Positions 25,901 to 28,027 of a stretch of 28,027 nt of DNA are shown here, piece after piece. Each line of letters opens with the position of its first letter. The first letter of the stretch is position 1. Source of the DNA: Acidobacteriota bacterium (GTDB lineage: Bacteria; Acidobacteriota; UBA6911; JACQSX01); the NCBI GenBank assembly GCA_036507075.1, contig DASXQR010000067.1, positions 1-28,027 on the forward strand. The letters run 5' to 3'. A program made the position numbers and the translations under genes. The notes beneath the pieces were generated by a model. The model made no database searches and had not been told where the DNA came from. It worked only from the letters and a program-made list of their open reading frames with translations.

Positions 25901-26252
25901 TCGTCCCAATCGTGTAGCGGGAGTCAAATTCACGCTGCCGCGATCGCAGCGAACGCCGGAGCGGTTCTTTAATACGGATGCTTTTGCTTTTCCGCCTCCT
26001 TACAGCTTCGGGAATGCGGGGCGCAATACCATTCCCGGTCCGGGAAACAATATTATCGACCTGTCGTTTTCGCGGAGTTTCAAGTTGCGGGAGCCGGCAG
26101 AGGCCCGATTCCGTGTGGATTTTTTCAATTTGTTCAACCATCCGAACTGGGGAATCCCCATCCCTTATGTGGATTTTGGTCCTGCCTTTGGCAGTATCGC
26201 CGCTACCGGAGAACCTCGCCGGATTCAGTTGAGTTTGAAGATTTCGTTTTGA
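22956..26252 (+). CDS. TonB-dependent receptor (Oar-like) with N-terminal carboxypeptidase-regulatory-like domain
   Basis: Signal peptide; 'GSIFGTVTDPSGALVPGA', 'EFRVQTS...EFGR..GGQINVVTKSGT', 'YLQDEYKVTPRLNLNLGLRYEY', 'NNFAPRIGFAW' and terminal 'IQLSLKISF'. ATGA overlap with the kinase gene. Confidence 0.95.
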   Translation: MKIRKLTTIAGCCFLSLIMIPASSALFAQGSTGSIFGTVTDPSGALVPGATIKVKWLGGGWEREMITDDQGEFRLAGLPPGQWVLMAAAPGFRSSRAPVFLDVNQQLRRDFQLQIGIVSSVEVIDQRAAPSESTTVSFVVPPVGVAEFPLNARDFMSLVALGPGPVSRNLGGFATDGFTDLQPRRGEVGFNFPINGARANMNTHLLDGTSNSDGHVQAFVVNPSIESILEFRVQTSGSGPEFGRMAGGQINVVTKSGTEKIHGSLFEFLRNEKLDARNFFDPPDQKKIPFKQSQFGGAIGGPVIIPFVKLGGRSFFFASYEGLRSRLAHTALITVPTEALRSGDFAGQKPIFDPQAIDPSTGKRRPFAGNRIPPGRLDPTARLLLDQFQPLPNRPGELNNYVNSHPQANRHDGITLRVDHAFSERDFVFARYTLNNDDDLTPGLFPGTGTVIDLRAQNLSFSYNHLFSSGTQNDWRFGFNRLRLFDVPENAFKNDVVGRLGISGIDRDPVNFGFPRFDIPGFVLVGDEILLPLSQRDNTFHVVNNFTTIRNKHVLKLGAEFERFQYNFLQRQSSRGQFQFTGVFSSDLSDFEGTGEPFADFLLGLPQRTIRTVGAAQAYLRRSSFSWYLQDEYKVTPRLNLNLGLRYEYYAPFSERRDNYFNLDYSHLPQAPRLVGAQKSGPLGRALARSDRNNFAPRIGFAWRPSAGAQSRWVVRGAYGVFYDQGIGARFYDLVRNGIRTETNQATPEKPSLTLRQGFASSVDAGIPSYFSSDVNGRTAYMQNWNLGIEFPVPGAISGEVAYVGGKGTKLERYRTFNTPLHELTGGNLPPRQGPIQELRSFPDLGKIIHRENSAASTFHSLQAKAEHRVSSNCYFFASFSLAKSIDDADGILPGFYDSLPAQDERNLRAERALSFFDVRKRFTSSFVWRLPIGRGTSFWPDYGFITGLMSNWQVAGTILEQDGTPVNPVIFSNPANADTSTRPNRVAGVKFTLPRSQRTPERFFNTDAFAFPPPYSFGNAGRNTIPGPGNNIIDLSFSRSFKLREPAEARFRVDFFNLFNHPNWGIPIPYVDFGPAFGSIAATGEPRRIQLSLKISF

Positions 26253-26272
26253 GCTTAAGCGGCAAGAGGGAT

Positions 26273-26443
26273 TTTCACCACAAAGACTTTCACCACAAAG
26301 ACACAAAGGACACAAAGAGAGACGAGGGGCAGGCAGCGTCCGGTCAGCCCCAACAATATGCCGCCACAAGTCACTTTTTCAGGGCTGACCGGACGCTGCC
26401 TGCCCCTCGTCTGACTTTGTGTCCTTCGTGTCTTTGTGGTGAA
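26273..26443. repeat. Nested near-perfect 62-bp inverted repeat between convergent genes
   Basis: Outer arms 26289-26317 / 26415-26443 (28/29 match), inner perfect 31-bp arms 26320-26350 / 26382-26412, and a 15-bp tandem duplication TTTCACCACAAAGAC at 26273-26302. Confidence 0.92.
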
Positions 26444-27605
26444 GATTTTTGTACTTGATCGCCAGCGTCAAAGCCCCCGACACGATTGCCAGCGTGGAGG
26501 CGATGGCAAACAACCCGGAATAACCCCGCGTCTCGATCCACCTTCCGCCGAATGCCGCGGCGACCGCCACGGCGCCCTGTGAAACAAAGAATTTGACCCC
26601 GGAGATCTGGCCCCGGACAGCGGCCATGGTGTTTGCCATCATGAACTGATCGATCAATGGGCTGGTGAGCGCCTGTAAGGAAGCCGCCGCAAGATACGCC
26701 GTCGCCGCCAATCCCGGACCGGTTGCCAGGGCCAGCAGGATAAAGAAAGGACAACAGAAAAACTGGCTCAGCGAGATGGCTCTCTTAAATCCCAGTCGCC
26801 CCGCCCAAAGTGGGACCGAGAGAACCGCCCCGGCCTGGAGAAATTGGGCAGATGAGAACAGCCATCCCAGCTCGGAGATTTTCAGGTGATGGTGTTGTGT
26901 GAAATATACGTTAAAAAATGGAGGAAACAACCCCAGCAGCAGGTCCCAGACCAAGACCATAGCCAGCAGAGGGATCAGGAAATTCCGCTGTTCCCGCACA
27001 GCGGCCGCAATGACGGTTTGTGAAGGCTTTTGTATCACAGGAGCTTTCGCGATTGCCGGGATTCCTATGAAAGAAAGAAAAATGACGGAAAGCACGCAGA
27101 TCAAGCCGCAGGCGGCCAGACTCTGCGGCATTCCCAGCCAGCCCGGAAGATAGCCCCCGAATATTCCAGCCACAGCGCCCGTGAAGATGGACAGTCCGTA
27201 GGTTGAGCTGAATCTGGCCGAAGTGCTTCCCGACAGGTTCCCGGCTGCAAGAAAAGGAGGGACGGAAACGATCCAGAACGAAATGCCCATTCCGGTCAGA
27301 AAGGAACTGGTCAGCAACCATGGGAGGCTGGCAGCGACGGCGCGCCAGAGTAAGCTTGCCGCCACTGTTGCGGCTGCAGCCGTCAGCACCCGCTTTGGTC
27401 CCCAGCGGTCGGTCGCCCAGCCGGCAAAGAGGCTTCCCAGCACTGTCCCCACGGTGCCCACGGCAAACACCTGGCCCATGAGCGTTGTCGAAAAACCAAG
27501 TCTCGTTAGATGAAGGTTGTATAGAAGGAAGAACATCATCAGACCCAGCGACCAGAAGAAATTAGCCAGCAGGAAAAAGAAAAGGTTCATGCTGTGACGG
27601 GTCAT
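26379..27605 (-). CDS. MFS transporter
   Basis: About 12 TM segments; motif A 'GWATDRWGPKR' and its second-half copy 'AGRLGFKR'. The start may be ATG 27590. Confidence 0.9.
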   Translation of the reverse strand: MTRHSMNLFFFLLANFFWSLGLMMFFLLYNLHLTRLGFSTTLMGQVFAVGTVGTVLGSLFAGWATDRWGPKRVLTAAAATVAASLLWRAVAASLPWLLTSSFLTGMGISFWIVSVPPFLAAGNLSGSTSARFSSTYGLSIFTGAVAGIFGGYLPGWLGMPQSLAACGLICVLSVIFLSFIGIPAIAKAPVIQKPSQTVIAAAVREQRNFLIPLLAMVLVWDLLLGLFPPFFNVYFTQHHHLKISELGWLFSSAQFLQAGAVLSVPLWAGRLGFKRAISLSQFFCCPFFILLALATGPGLAATAYLAAASLQALTSPLIDQFMMANTMAAVRGQISGVKFFVSQGAVAVAAAFGGRWIETRGYSGLFAIASTLAIVSGALTLAIKYKNLHHKDTKDTKSDEGQAASGQP

Positions 27606-27607
27606 AA

Positions 27608-27839
27608 CGGTTACGGGTTTTCGCGGTTACGGGTTACGAGTTAGAAGTTGACGAATTTCAAATTGAAAATTGAAAGTTTGCCACGCTCAGGCCCTGGCAC
27701 CGATCAGAACCGCGACCGCCAGGGAGCGACATGCCCTAAAACCAAGCTGCGCGACAGTCAACGATCCTGGCTTGGTGTCTTGGTGGTTCATATTTCTCTA
27801 ACCACCAAGGCACCAAGCCACGACTGTTAACTGTCGCGC
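27608..27839. repeat. Mosaic of repeat fragments and a hairpin
   Basis: (GGTTACG)n at 27608-27644; (AATTGAA)n at 27654-27675; REP half TCAGAACCGCGACCGCCAGGGAGCG at 27704-27728; IR 27768-27788 / 27800-27820 extended by 27749-27762 / 27826-27839. Confidence 0.8.
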
Positions 27840-28027
27840 CTGAACAGGAGCTGAAAGTATCCGCGCAGATGCTCCCAAGTCTTGCGCACCGTGTAAATAA
27901 TGTACTGAACTGAAAGATTCTTGTAAGTCGAATGCTGCATCTCATATTCGACACGGGCCGGGTTGGGTAAGCGATGCACCGCCAGAGCGCTTTTGAGGAC
28001 CTGCCGGCGCGCGCCGCTGAATTCCAT
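27827..28027 (-). CDS. 3' end of a gene running in from beyond the window; product unknown
   Basis: Open frame to the window edge with protein-like composition, co-oriented with the MFS gene; no recognisable motif. Confidence 0.5.
   Translation of the reverse strand: MEFSGARRQVLKSALAVHRLPNPARVEYEMQHSTYKNLSVQYIIYTVRKTWEHLRGYFQLLFRRDS

Noticed and set aside
26249..26458. 69-aa ORF with HHKD repeats
   Set aside because: It is a translation of the palindromic repeat element.
1..28027. tRNA/rRNA genes, diversity-generating retroelement, integron cassettes
   Set aside because: No recognisable RNA gene, reverse transcriptase, template/variable repeat pair, integrase or consistent attC core sites were seen by eye.

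Overview
GC-rich bacterial window. The pilin, the Oar-type TonB-dependent receptor and the 'FPQIADGG' secreted protein suggest Acidobacteriota (inference). It holds a surface-glycosylation island beside a Cys-free, Thr-rich type IVa pilin. The island encodes a fused membrane/spermidine-synthase-fold protein, a GT4, a SAM methyltransferase, a Wzx flippase, a short phosphoglycosyl transferase and an O-antigen-ligase-like enzyme with an inserted Ig-like domain. It also encodes five more GT-C-type membrane glycosyltransferases, one fused to a YVTN beta-propeller and one TMTC-like with TPRs. An HPr-kinase-like gene coupled to a TonB-dependent receptor and a convergent MFS transporter follow. Most intergenic gaps, and several coding sequences, contain nested palindromic elements built from 6-9-bp tandem repeats or REP-like hairpins. 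Some are translated in frame or supply gene termini. Two collapsed pseudogenes (S9 peptidase, GT4) and a probable IS end at the left edge are also visible. All product calls come from reading motifs by eye; no searches were run.
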